From assembly GCA_963761385.1 (NCBI GenBank), contig CAVXGY010000001.1, positions 25,813-89,812 of the forward strand: DNA of 64,000 nucleotides, read 5' to 3'. A program made the translations under genes and the position numbers. The DNA comes from Terriglobia bacterium (GTDB lineage: Bacteria; Acidobacteriota; Terriglobia; Terriglobales; Acidobacteriaceae). Positions 1 to 8,951 of the stretch are shown here, in pieces (position 1 is the first letter of the stretch; every line of letters starts with the position of its first letter). The notes under the pieces were generated by a model that saw only the letters and a program-made list of their open reading frames with translations, was not told the origin of the DNA and searched no databases.

Positions 1-1472
1 TTTTTCAGCAGAGACGGCCCTTCGCCCATGTTGACGATGACAATCTCCAGGTCGCCGTCGTTGTCCAGATCCCCGACTGCGAGGCCGCGCGAAGAGTGGG
101 GAGCACCGACGCCCGGTCCGCTCTGAGACGAAAGATCAAAAAACTGGCCGTCTCCGCGGTTCCAGTAAAGCAGGCGAGGTTGCTTGAAATGCTCGGCGGT
201 GTGGCCCTCGTCAACCTCGGGATACACATGCCCATTGGCGACGATCAAATCTTTCCAGCCATCATTGTCAAAATCGAGAAAAGCCGTACCCCATCCCAGG
301 TACTTCGTATTTACAGCAAGGCCGGAGTGTATGGTCTCGTCCTCAAAACTATTATTTCCATGATTGCGGTAGAGGGTGTGGGTATCGTCGGCAAAATTTG
401 TCTTGAAAATATCCAGTAACCCATCTCCGTGGATGTCGGCCGCGCTCACTCCCATCCCTGCCTGTTCGCGTCCATCTTCGTTGTACGCAAGACCGGAACG
501 AACGCCGATCTCTTCAAACGTCTTTCCACCCAGGTTGTGGTAGTACAGATTGGCGGTGGAATCGCAGGCGATGTAAATGTCAGGCCAGCCATCAGCGTCG
601 AAGTCTCCGGTGAGTGCGGTGAATCCGTAGTAGTCCTTGGGGCCTGTAATATGAACTCGGTCGGAAACATCGCTGAAATGCCCGTGTCCGTCGTTTTCAT
701 ATAAGGAAACCGTCTCGGGGGGCAGGCCGCGGGGACCGCACAGCACAGGCAATCCTTTCCACTGACACTGCGCTTTATCTCCAGGCCGCGGAGTGTGCGC
801 CAGGTCGAAGTCGACATAGTGGACGACTACCAGGTCGAGAAATCCATCGCGGTTAAAGTCGACAAAGGCGCAACCTGTGCTCCAGCGCTTCGGCGCAAGC
901 AGACCGCGTTCTTTGGTCTCATCGCGGAACGTGCCCTTGCCCTGGTTCCGGTACAGAATGTTCTGCCCCCATTGGGTCACGAACAGGTCGGTGTTGCCGT
1001 CATTGTCGATGTCACCGGCACAGACACCTTGGCCCCAGCCGGTACTCGTGATTCCCGCTTTTTCGGTAGCATCTTCAAATTTCAGTCCACCCAGGTTGTG
1101 ATAAAGAAAAGGCCTGGGCTGCGGGCCGTCGTCCAGGCGGCCACCATTCACCAGAAAAATGTCGGGAAGGCCATCGTTGTCGTAGTCGACGATTGCCACG
1201 CCCGTCCCGGTGGACTCGACGATGTATTGTTTTCCGTGGGCGGCCCCGGAGACTTCAACACCCGTGAGGCCAGCCTGAGAGGCGAAATCTTCGTAGCTCA
1301 CGGTGGGTGCTTTCATGCCTGGAGGGAGAGGCCGTGCCGGGACCGCAGTGCCGCCGGTCGCCACACCCTGAGCGCACGCAATCTTACCGTTGCCCAGAAC
1401 GATCAAGGCAACAAGAGTGAGGATTGTGGCATGAATTGTGCGTCCTGATTCCCGCGGCCGCCGACTTATCAT
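1..1472 (-). CDS. CRTAC1-family FG-GAP/VCBS repeat protein (ASPIC/UnbV type), 3' end outside window
   Basis: Absent from the ORF track because it runs off the left edge. My reverse-strand translation from ATG 1472 gives MISRRPRESGRTIHATILTLVALIVLGNGKIACAQG (signal-like), then VAIVDYDNDGLPDIFLVNGG, AGDIDNDGNTDLFVTQWGQN and GDLDNDGDLEIVIVN. These are repeated DxDxDG FG-GAP units, all in one frame. Confidence 0.85.
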   Translation of the reverse strand, partial: MISRRPRESGRTIHATILTLVALIVLGNGKIACAQGVATGGTAVPARPLPPGMKAPTVSYEDFASQAGLTGVEVSGAAHGKQYIVESTGTGVAIVDYDNDGLPDIFLVNGGRLDDGPQPRPFLYHNLGGLKFEDATEKAGITSTGWGQGVCAGDIDNDGNTDLFVTQWGQNILYRNQGKGTFRDETKERGLLAPKRWSTGCAFVDFNRDGFLDLVVVHYVDFDLAHTPRPGDKAQCQWKGLPVLCGPRGLPPETVSLYENDGHGHFSDVSDRVHITGPKDYYGFTALTGDFDADGWPDIYIACDSTANLYYHNLGGKTFEEIGVRSGLAYNEDGREQAGMGVSAADIHGDGLLDIFKTNFADDTHTLYRNHGNNSFEDETIHSGLAVNTKYLGWGTAFLDFDNDGWKDLIVANGHVYPEVDEGHTAEHFKQPRLLYWNRGDGQFFDLSSQSGPGVGAPHSSRGLAVGDLDNDGDLEIVIVNMGEGPSLLK

Positions 1473-1639
1473 CTGTTTCGTCGATCATAAACTAATTATT
1501 TGGATGCGTCGGGTCAGGGTCAAGCAGAGGGGAGGTAAGTGTGAGCGATCCCATCAGCGGTGGCACCGGCCAGCAATAGATGGACGAACTTCCATTCTGC
1601 TACGATTGAAATCGTTCGACCGCTTCCGGGGAGTCGTGA

Positions 1640-4207
1640 ATGTTGGGATGGAATTTCGCGCGGGGACTGGCTTGGCTCGCGCTTTCTCCCTTGGTTTTCT
1701 GCGAATGTAGCCAGAACCTGGCCGCGCAGGAAGTCGCCGCCTGCAAAGGTCCGGCGGAACTTGAACAGGCGATCAAAGTTCACCCGTCGGCAGGGGCCTA
1801 CGATGCCCTGGGCGCATATTTTGGGCAACAGCAAAAGATATCGTGCGCGATTTCCGCCTTCGAATCGGCGGTGCATCTGGACCCCAACTCCTGGGAAGCC
1901 CACTTCAACCTGTCTCTCGCCCTTCTGCAAAGCAACCAGCCCGCACCTGCCGCCCGGGAGCTTGGAATCGCGACCCGGTTGCAGCCCGAAAATCCTCTAA
2001 GCCACATTGCGTTGGGGGTCGCGCTCAGCCAGTTGAACCAGGACGACGCTGCCATCGCTGAATTCAAGCTGGCGCTGAATACAGATCCGAAATCAGTTCC
2101 GGCGCTTGACGGGCTTGCGAAAGCACTCATCGCGCAAAGGAGGTACTCGGCGGCCATCGCCTATCTCAGGGACGCGCCTCCCGACCGCATGTTGCAGAAC
2201 GATCTGGCGATCGCCTACTCGAAAAACGGAAATGTGAGTGAAGCGGTCCAGGTGCTGACGAATCTTGTGAAGCAGGATCCGTCGTCGGCAGAAGCGCACT
2301 CCAACCTGGCGATCGCGTACACGCAGCAGAATCAATTCAGGCAGGCGGACGAGGAGTTCAAAGAGGCGCATCGCCTCGCCCCAAACGACGATGTGATTCG
2401 CCTTTCCTATGTAAAGGCTCTGGCTGTGCTCGCCGACTTCAACACGGCCTCGCCACTCATCCACGACTACTACCGGCGTAAGCCCCACGATTTTGAAGCG
2501 CTTTATCTGATGGGTGTTGTGGATCGCGGTTTGGGGAACTACACGGAAGCCGAAGCCATGCTGCGACAGGCAGTCGCGCTAAACGGGAATAGCTACGATG
2601 TTCGTTACAATCTGGGTTTCGTGATGGCCAAGTTGGGAAAGAAGCAGGAAGCCCGTCAGCAGTTGGAGAAGGCGGTGCAACTCAGGCCTTCGTCCAGCGA
2701 AGCAAGTTTTCAACTGGCAACGGTGCTCCGCAGTCTGGGGCTTGATGAGCAAGCTCAACAGGAATTGAAGGCGTTTGAACAAAAGAAGCAGGCGACCGTA
2801 AAGGAAGATGTCGCTGGCACCAAAGTAAACCAGGCGAATGAATACCTTCAATCAGGCGATGCTCAACAGGCTGTCGACCTTTATCGTCAGGCGATCGCAG
2901 AAGACCCAAAAAACGCGCGCACCCGTTACGACCTGGCCCTGGCCCTTGACCGTTTGGGCAACATTGCGGAGGAGCGCGAGGTTCTGCAACAGGCCATCCA
3001 GATCGAACCCTCGCTCGCTGCCGCCCACAATCAGCTTGGCTTCTTGAGCCTGCAAGCGGGCCAGGACGCGGATGCCGAGAGCGAACTGAAAGCGGCGATT
3101 GCACTCGACCCCCAAAATGCCGAGGCGCAGGCAAATCTGGGCGTCCTTTATGGACAACAAGGAAACAACAGCCAGGCTGAGCAACTGCTTCGTCAGGCGA
3201 CGGAAAATAATCCGCAGTACGCCCAGGCCTTCGTAAATCTCGGTCTGGTCCTGGCAGCCGAATCGCGCTTTCCCGAAGCGGAGCAGGCGCTGCGGAGCGC
3301 GCTAAAAATCGGGGAGGACAATCACCAGGCGCTCACCGCGCTCGGTATGGTACTCGCCCGCATGGAGCGGAGAGACGAGGCTGTCACCTACTTTCGCAGA
3401 GTCATCGCGCTCGATCCAAAGGCGCCAGGCGCGCATATAAACCTGGGAATCACGATGGCCGATCAGTTCAATCTGGAAGGCGCCCTCGAGGAGTTCTCGG
3501 AAACCATACGTCTCGATCCGAATGCCGCCGCCGCTCACTACAACAAGGGACGAGTGCTGCTCGACCTGCGGCGCGACAGCGACGCCAAGCCGGAACTCGA
3601 AACCGCCACGCGTCTGGATCCCGCGTCCTCGGAGCCCTGGTATTTACTCGGTCTGATCGAAAAATCAGCGGGCAACGCCGAAGCGTCAGTCCAGATGCTG
3701 AAAAAATCGGCGGCGCTTGACCCTAAGAACCCGGATACGCTGTTCGTCCTGGGACAGCAGTTGCTGCACAGCGGCGATCGCGATGGCGCGATCGCTCAAT
3801 GGAGAAGAGTTTTGGAGATCAAACCCGATCATGGCGAAGCTCTCTACAATCTCTCCCGCCAGCTGGCCAGGACCGATCCCCAGGAGGCACAACAATTTCA
3901 GCAGCGCTTTGACACGCTGCAGGCACAGAAGCACATCATGGATCGCGCACAGACTCTGGGGAATTTCGCTCTCTCGGCCGCGGCCGCGCACGACTGGCCG
4001 CAAGCGATTGCCCAGTTAAAAGAAGGTCTGAAGGTTTGCGGCGATTGCAGCGCGTTGGCTCTCCTGCACAAGGACCTCGGCCTCACATATTGCCGTTCCG
4101 GAGATCTGAAGAACGGGCTCGCCGAACTCCTCGAAGCGAAAAAGCTCACCCCACAGGACCCGGATATCGACCAGGCCATTCGCTTCGCGACCAGCGCACA
4201 GAAATGA
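1640..4207 (+). CDS. secreted tetratricopeptide (TPR) repeat protein
   Basis: 855-aa ORF with an ATG start and a hydrophobic N-terminus (LAWLALSPLVFC). 34-aa TPR units run along the whole length (e.g. AEAHSNLAIAYTQQNQFRQADEEFKEAHRLAPND). Confidence 0.9.
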   Translation: MLGWNFARGLAWLALSPLVFCECSQNLAAQEVAACKGPAELEQAIKVHPSAGAYDALGAYFGQQQKISCAISAFESAVHLDPNSWEAHFNLSLALLQSNQPAPAARELGIATRLQPENPLSHIALGVALSQLNQDDAAIAEFKLALNTDPKSVPALDGLAKALIAQRRYSAAIAYLRDAPPDRMLQNDLAIAYSKNGNVSEAVQVLTNLVKQDPSSAEAHSNLAIAYTQQNQFRQADEEFKEAHRLAPNDDVIRLSYVKALAVLADFNTASPLIHDYYRRKPHDFEALYLMGVVDRGLGNYTEAEAMLRQAVALNGNSYDVRYNLGFVMAKLGKKQEARQQLEKAVQLRPSSSEASFQLATVLRSLGLDEQAQQELKAFEQKKQATVKEDVAGTKVNQANEYLQSGDAQQAVDLYRQAIAEDPKNARTRYDLALALDRLGNIAEEREVLQQAIQIEPSLAAAHNQLGFLSLQAGQDADAESELKAAIALDPQNAEAQANLGVLYGQQGNNSQAEQLLRQATENNPQYAQAFVNLGLVLAAESRFPEAEQALRSALKIGEDNHQALTALGMVLARMERRDEAVTYFRRVIALDPKAPGAHINLGITMADQFNLEGALEEFSETIRLDPNAAAAHYNKGRVLLDLRRDSDAKPELETATRLDPASSEPWYLLGLIEKSAGNAEASVQMLKKSAALDPKNPDTLFVLGQQLLHSGDRDGAIAQWRRVLEIKPDHGEALYNLSRQLARTDPQEAQQFQQRFDTLQAQKHIMDRAQTLGNFALSAAAAHDWPQAIAQLKEGLKVCGDCSALALLHKDLGLTYCRSGDLKNGLAELLEAKKLTPQDPDIDQAIRFATSAQK

Positions 4208-4235
4208 CAGCGGGACTGCAGTTGAGCCGCGAAGT

Positions 4236-4413
4236 GGCGCCAGAATAAAGCCCCGGGCGCCAGCCCGAGAAAACGGCAAACCGACAAAGCCCTGAAAGGG
4301 CGAAAGAGCCGGACGCGATCATCCTGGTCGCAGCCGTTCCTTCCGCCCTTTCAGGGCTATTTTATTCGGGCTTCTCACCCCGGGCTGGCGCCCCGGAGCT
4401 ACAATCTGGCGCC
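4236..4413. repeat. three-layer nested inverted repeat between convergent genes (REP-like element / bidirectional terminator candidate)
   Basis: Inner arms agccctgaaagggcg 4288-4302 / cgccctttcagggct 4344-4358 (15 bp perfect). Middle arms gggcgccagcccg 4255-4267 / cgggctggcgccc 4381-4393. Outer arms ggcgccaga 4236-4244 / tctggcgcc 4405-4413. Confidence 0.6.
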
Positions 4414-4437
4414 GCTTCGAGCCTTCCTGGCTGAACC

Positions 4438-5652
4438 TCAACTCACCCCGGCCTTGAAGCGCGGGCGATTCTTTCTCACGTAGTCACGGTCCATGACCGG
4501 CTCTCCGTCGCACTCGATAACGATTACGGTTGCGGGTTGATCGGGAGCGGCCGCGGAGAGTCCAGTGAGCCGCAGTGAAAGATCGTCCTGAGTGAAAGCT
4601 ACCGGCTTTCCGCCGGCCAACAGTTGCACGGATTTTACTTTCGTTCGAAAACCTCCGAACGAGATCACGCTGGGCGGCTTGTAAAACGACAGCCATTGTT
4701 CCGCGGGTGTGTCTCCCGGCCAATTCTGTATGTGTGCATACACTGTGTTCCCGCGCTGCGTGAAGTTGGCATAGACGTGCTCATGGAAGTTGCTGCGTTC
4801 GGTGCCGTAGATTGCGGTTGCGTTCGGGCCAGTCCACTTGCCGACGGCCTGCAGAATCGCAACCGTTTCCTCAGGGATCGAGCCATCAGGTTTGGGACCA
4901 ATGTTCAGAAGATAGTTGCCGCCGCCGTGCGCGCAGGTGATCAGGTTGTTGACCACGGTCTTCGGAGTCTTCCAGTTGTCGTCGGCCTTGTGATATCCCC
5001 AACTGTCATTCAGGGTCATGCAGGCTTCCCATGCGCGCCCCTTTGCCGCAGCCTGGATGTGCTGCTCGGGCGTAGAAAAATCCCCCGGCAGGCCATTGCG
5101 ATTGTTGACGATGATATCCGGCTGGAGTTCGAACACCATCTTGTTCATCTTTTCCGATTCCCACTGCTCCGCCGAGAGCGGCCAATCGACGTCGTACCAG
5201 AGAATGTCGATCTTGCCGTAGTTGCTCATCAACTCGCGAATCAGGCCGTGGGTGTACGCGACGAAGCGTTGCCGCGCTGCTTCGTCGGTGGCGCACAAGG
5301 CGCCGTCAGGATGATGCCAATCCATCAGCGAATAATAAAAGCCGACCCGTAGTCCTTCCGCGCGCGCAGCTTCCACAAACTCGCGGACAAGGTCTCGTCC
5401 CGCGGCCTGCTTTGGCGCGCAATAGTCGGTCAGCTTGGTGTCGAAATTACAGAAGCCCTCATGGTGCTTGGTTGTCATGACCATGTACTTCTGCCCTGCC
5501 TGCTTGGCCAGCTTTGCCCACTCGCGCGCAGCATTGGGCTTGGGGTTGAAATGTTTGGCCAGCAGTTCGTATTGCGGGATGGGAACACCCTCCATTTCCA
5601 TCGCCCACTCGTGACGGCCAATCACGCTGTAGAGTCCCCAATGAATGAACAT
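4438..5652 (-). CDS. GH29 alpha-L-fucosidase (catalytic body; true N-terminus lies upstream in another frame)
   Basis: 404-aa ORF with MFIHWGLYSV, HHEGFCNFDT and ILWYDVDW motifs. The same frame stays open upstream (DEDDTDLQPPPDHDRRIQWWHEARFG) but has no start codon. Confidence 0.9.
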   Translation of the reverse strand: MFIHWGLYSVIGRHEWAMEMEGVPIPQYELLAKHFNPKPNAAREWAKLAKQAGQKYMVMTTKHHEGFCNFDTKLTDYCAPKQAAGRDLVREFVEAARAEGLRVGFYYSLMDWHHPDGALCATDEAARQRFVAYTHGLIRELMSNYGKIDILWYDVDWPLSAEQWESEKMNKMVFELQPDIIVNNRNGLPGDFSTPEQHIQAAAKGRAWEACMTLNDSWGYHKADDNWKTPKTVVNNLITCAHGGGNYLLNIGPKPDGSIPEETVAILQAVGKWTGPNATAIYGTERSNFHEHVYANFTQRGNTVYAHIQNWPGDTPAEQWLSFYKPPSVISFGGFRTKVKSVQLLAGGKPVAFTQDDLSLRLTGLSAAAPDQPATVIVIECDGEPVMDRDYVRKNRPRFKAGVS

Positions 5653-5834
5653 TCCGAACCTGGCTTCGTGCCACCATTGAATCCGGCGGTCATGATCGGG
5701 CGGTGGTTGCAGATCCGTGTCGTCTTCGTCGCGGCTTCCTGCGCCCAGCTCGCCGGTGCTGTCGCGGCCAAACCCGCTGCGGCGGCCATGAGTCTCAGAT
5801 AATCGCGTCTCGATGTTCCTTTACCTGGCGTCAT
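5622..5834 (-). CDS. TAT signal-peptide leader ORF, out of frame with the GH29 body (probable 5' piece of the same gene)
   Basis: MTPGKGTSRRDYLRLMAAAAGLAATAPASWAQEAA is a twin-arginine signal with an AxA site. The remainder of the ORF is not protein-like and overlaps the GH29 frame. Confidence 0.5.
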   Translation of the reverse strand: MTPGKGTSRRDYLRLMAAAAGLAATAPASWAQEAATKTTRICNHRPIMTAGFNGGTKPGSECSFIGDSTA

Positions 5835-5946
5835 TCGCTACCTCGTTGTCTGTTCAAGATGTTTGATGAAGACTCAAGCTGCTGAATTGCACCGACGACG
5901 GAAGTGGATTCTACTCCCCATGTCAAGTCACAGTAGCGCCGGCATT

Positions 5947-5970
5947 CCTTCGACTTCGTTCAGGACAGGC
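5947..5970 (-). repeat. divergent copy of the GTCNTCCTGAGCGGAG...GTCGAAGG short repeat family
   Basis: The minus strand reads gcctgtcctgaacgaagtcgaagg. An adjacent 8-bp stem hairpin is gcgagggc atctt gccctcgc (5983-6003). Confidence 0.3.
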
Positions 5971-6137
5971 TTGCCGGCTGGCGCGAGGGCATCTTGCCCT
6001 CGCAGGCAGGGGCGGAGACGCCCCCACAACAGCCGCCGGGCCGGCGGCGTCACTCTCAGTCCACGAAATCTACCGGTGAGGTGTTTGCATTGCTCGCCGA
6101 ACGATGCTGTACCTCCACGCTATAATGCGGCGTCGCC

Positions 6138-7298
6138 ATGAACCTCCCGCGCATCGAAGTTTTTTTGATCGGATTGTTCGTGGCAAGCTGCGCCATGTGC
6201 GTAGCCGGACAGGATGCTCCTGGGGCGAGATTTTCCATGGCCACGCCTGACCGGTGGCAAGCTGCGGGCTGGTGGCCAACCAAAGGAACGCCGTCATTAC
6301 GTGAATACGTGGGACCTGGTGCGTGCACCAAATGTCATGCCGAAATTGCGGCCTCGCAACAGAAAACTCCGATGTTCAATGCTGCCCGCCGCCCCTCTGA
6401 TTTACCGCATCTGCAGCAGCGCGGGCAGTTGTCGTTCTCGGACGAAAGCTACGACTACACTCTTTCGCCGGGGCCCAATGAAACGAAAATCTCTGTAAAG
6501 AACAAGACGAATACGGTGTCAGCAACCGTCGGCTGGGTTTTTGGAGCCGATGCTCAGACCTACGTTCTGAAGCAGGATGACTTCTTTCTGGAAAGCCGGC
6601 TCAGCTACTACCCCGGTCTTGGTGGACTGGACATTACGCCGGGCCATAAGGCCGCGGCCCCGGGTAATATTGCGCAGGCCCTCGGCGATCCCGTCGACCA
6701 CGAGGTCATCCGACGATGCTTCGGCTGTCATTCCACCGCATCTACCGTATCCGGCAACTTCGATCCTGAACACGCCATGCTCGGTGTCACTTGCGAAGCT
6801 TGTCACGGTCCCGGCCTGCAGCACGTCACCGCGAAGGAAACCGAACCAGACCAGAGTGCGGCTGGCACGATGTTGAATCCGGAAAGGCTGTCGCCGATCG
6901 ATTCCGTGGATTTCTGCGGCGCCTGTCACCGTACTCCGGTAGATGTTGCCGTGTTCATGCCACGGCATATGGGGATCTCGAGTATTCGGCTGCAGCCGTA
7001 CCGCCTGGAAAGGAGCCTTTGCTGGGGTTCGAGCGGCGATCCCCGGATTACCTGCATGGCGTGCCACGATCCACATAAGCCGCTGGTGCACGAGTCGACT
7101 GCCTACGACGCCAAATGTTTGAAGTGTCACGCCGGGCAGGATAGTCCACCGTCTGCAAAGCTTGGGCCAGCCTGCAAAGTGGGTACGAAAGATTGCGTAT
7201 CGTGCCACATGCCAAAATTCGAGATCCCTAACGTTCATGCGACGTTTACCGACCACTTCATCCGCGTGGTACGCCCCGGTGCAAAATTTCAGGATTAG
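6138..7298 (+). CDS. multihaem c-type cytochrome (7 CxxCH)
   Basis: Signal peptide MNLPRIEVFLIGLFVASCAMCVAGQ. Haem motifs are CTKCH, CFGCH, CEACH, CGACH, CMACH, CLKCH and CVSCH. Confidence 0.9.
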   Translation: MNLPRIEVFLIGLFVASCAMCVAGQDAPGARFSMATPDRWQAAGWWPTKGTPSLREYVGPGACTKCHAEIAASQQKTPMFNAARRPSDLPHLQQRGQLSFSDESYDYTLSPGPNETKISVKNKTNTVSATVGWVFGADAQTYVLKQDDFFLESRLSYYPGLGGLDITPGHKAAAPGNIAQALGDPVDHEVIRRCFGCHSTASTVSGNFDPEHAMLGVTCEACHGPGLQHVTAKETEPDQSAAGTMLNPERLSPIDSVDFCGACHRTPVDVAVFMPRHMGISSIRLQPYRLERSLCWGSSGDPRITCMACHDPHKPLVHESTAYDAKCLKCHAGQDSPPSAKLGPACKVGTKDCVSCHMPKFEIPNVHATFTDHFIRVVRPGAKFQD

Positions 7299-7352
7299 AT
7301 TTTTGTGGAATCCCGGGCACACCCGCCTGGTGGTAGGCTGGGGCGAACTGCA

Positions 7353-8951
7353 ATGAGCAAACGGTATTGGTTGATCGCAATCCTGCTTTGTCCGCTTCTT
7401 CCTCTCGTGGGTCAGGACATCGATGCCAATCCCTCCATTCAGAAACACAGCCTTTCGACCATCGCCGACCAGATTAGTGACGAGTCCGAGCGTACCGCTT
7501 TTCTCGAACTCTTTCGCCAGGCTCCCCCTGCGCAGATGCAGGCTCGGGCCGAGGCATTCCTGTCCCGTTTTCCGCAGTCGGCTTTTCTGGCGCAGGCATA
7601 CGAGGTTGCGGCTCGCGGGAGTTTTGATCTGGGGAACTATGGGCCGGGTCTGATGTTCGCTGAGAAATCCCTTGTCCTGCTGCCGGAAAATCCGCTGCTT
7701 CTGGTTGCAGTGGCCGATGTGGAAGCGCGCGAACATCGCAACTCGGCGGCTCTGGTTCACGCGCAGGAAGCGCTCGATGACCTCGACCGCTTCGGTTCTC
7801 CAGGATCGGTCCTGGAAGAGAACTGGCCGGATTTGCAGCGCAAGATGAAGGTGTCCGCCAATTTTTCGAAGGGCCGCGCTCTGCTGCAGCAGGCACTTGC
7901 CATTCCGGTGGCAGACGAACGCACTCCGCTGCTCAGGGAATCAGAGGCTTCGCTGGTCGAGGCACAGCGCTTGAACTCTTCTGACGCTGAGATTGCGTAC
8001 CTGCGGGGACTGGAGCAACTCGCCTTAGGCGAATCATCCGAATCGGCAAGCAACTTTGCCGCGGCTTACCGTGCCGGAGGTGAACTCGCGCCCAAGGCGC
8101 TAGACAATCTGCGAGCCATTTACAAAATGCTCTATCCCGACTCCAGTGTTGCCTTCGAAGCCTTTCTGAAGCAGTCGGAAGATCGAGGAATATCCCTCTT
8201 GGGAATTCCTGAGGATGCGACGGTGAAGGCCGCAGCCCCGGTTCATCCGCCCTCGGCTTATATCGGGTCTGGGTCTTGCCGAGGATGCCATGCCGGAATC
8301 TACCAGCAATGGTCACAGACCGGAATGTCCAAAATGTTCCGCCCCTATACGTCACAAAACGTGGTGGGCGATTTCAAGATCAACAATCAGTTTTATCTGG
8401 GCGAAGAGACTGACTATCGGAACGGGAGACTGGAAGTCAGCAGGGCCGGGAAACTGAGTTTGTTCGCGCGCATGACAATTCGTGATGGCCGCCACTATTT
8501 CGATATTTCGCAGTCAGACGGCAAGTGGCATTCCTATCCGGTCGACTACACCATCGGGTCGAAATTTCAGCAGGCTTACGCCACCAGGCTGCCAAACGGT
8601 GAGATTCACGTTTTTCCCATTCAATACAACCTGCTCCAGAGACGATGGATCAATTTCTGGAAAATTCTTGACGGGCCGGCCACCGAGCGTGCCGATCCGC
8701 GCACGTGGGAAAAACTCGATGAGTCCACCAGCTATCAGGTCATTTGTGCCGCCTGTCACACCAGCCAATTGAAAAATGTAACAGGAGAAGGCTTCGCGCC
8801 TAATGGCCCGGAATTCAAAGAACCAGGAATTGGCTGCGAGATGTGTCACGGTCCTTCGGCTCAGCACGCCGTCGAGATGGCGCAGAACCAGTTTTACTCC
8901 AAGGCGGCCGCTGGATCCACCCGTCAATTTCCACGAGATCGGAAATCGTAA
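7353..8951 (+). CDS. TPR-like N-domain + multihaem cytochrome, 5' part of a frame-split gene
   Basis: The ORF track gives 7305..8951. ATG 7353 gives the signal MSKRYWLIAILLCPLLPLVGQD. Haem motifs are CRGCH, CAACH and CEMCH. The ORF ends in a non-homologous tail after CEMCHGPSAQHAVEMAQNQFYSKAA. Confidence 0.8.
   Translation: MSKRYWLIAILLCPLLPLVGQDIDANPSIQKHSLSTIADQISDESERTAFLELFRQAPPAQMQARAEAFLSRFPQSAFLAQAYEVAARGSFDLGNYGPGLMFAEKSLVLLPENPLLLVAVADVEAREHRNSAALVHAQEALDDLDRFGSPGSVLEENWPDLQRKMKVSANFSKGRALLQQALAIPVADERTPLLRESEASLVEAQRLNSSDAEIAYLRGLEQLALGESSESASNFAAAYRAGGELAPKALDNLRAIYKMLYPDSSVAFEAFLKQSEDRGISLLGIPEDATVKAAAPVHPPSAYIGSGSCRGCHAGIYQQWSQTGMSKMFRPYTSQNVVGDFKINNQFYLGEETDYRNGRLEVSRAGKLSLFARMTIRDGRHYFDISQSDGKWHSYPVDYTIGSKFQQAYATRLPNGEIHVFPIQYNLLQRRWINFWKILDGPATERADPRTWEKLDESTSYQVICAACHTSQLKNVTGEGFAPNGPEFKEPGIGCEMCHGPSAQHAVEMAQNQFYSKAAAGSTRQFPRDRKS

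Noticed and set aside
6519-7760. Long antisense ORFs: 6519..7760 (413 aa), 12148..13182 (344 aa), 10339..11151 (270 aa), 48410..49318 (302 aa), 4624..5352, 17910..18557, 20499..21146, 36607..37254, 39112..39768, 45390..45938.
   Set aside because: Each lies opposite a gene with strong family motifs. Their translations are Arg/Ser/Pro/Gly-rich with no recognisable domains. They are typical shadow ORFs of GC-rich DNA.
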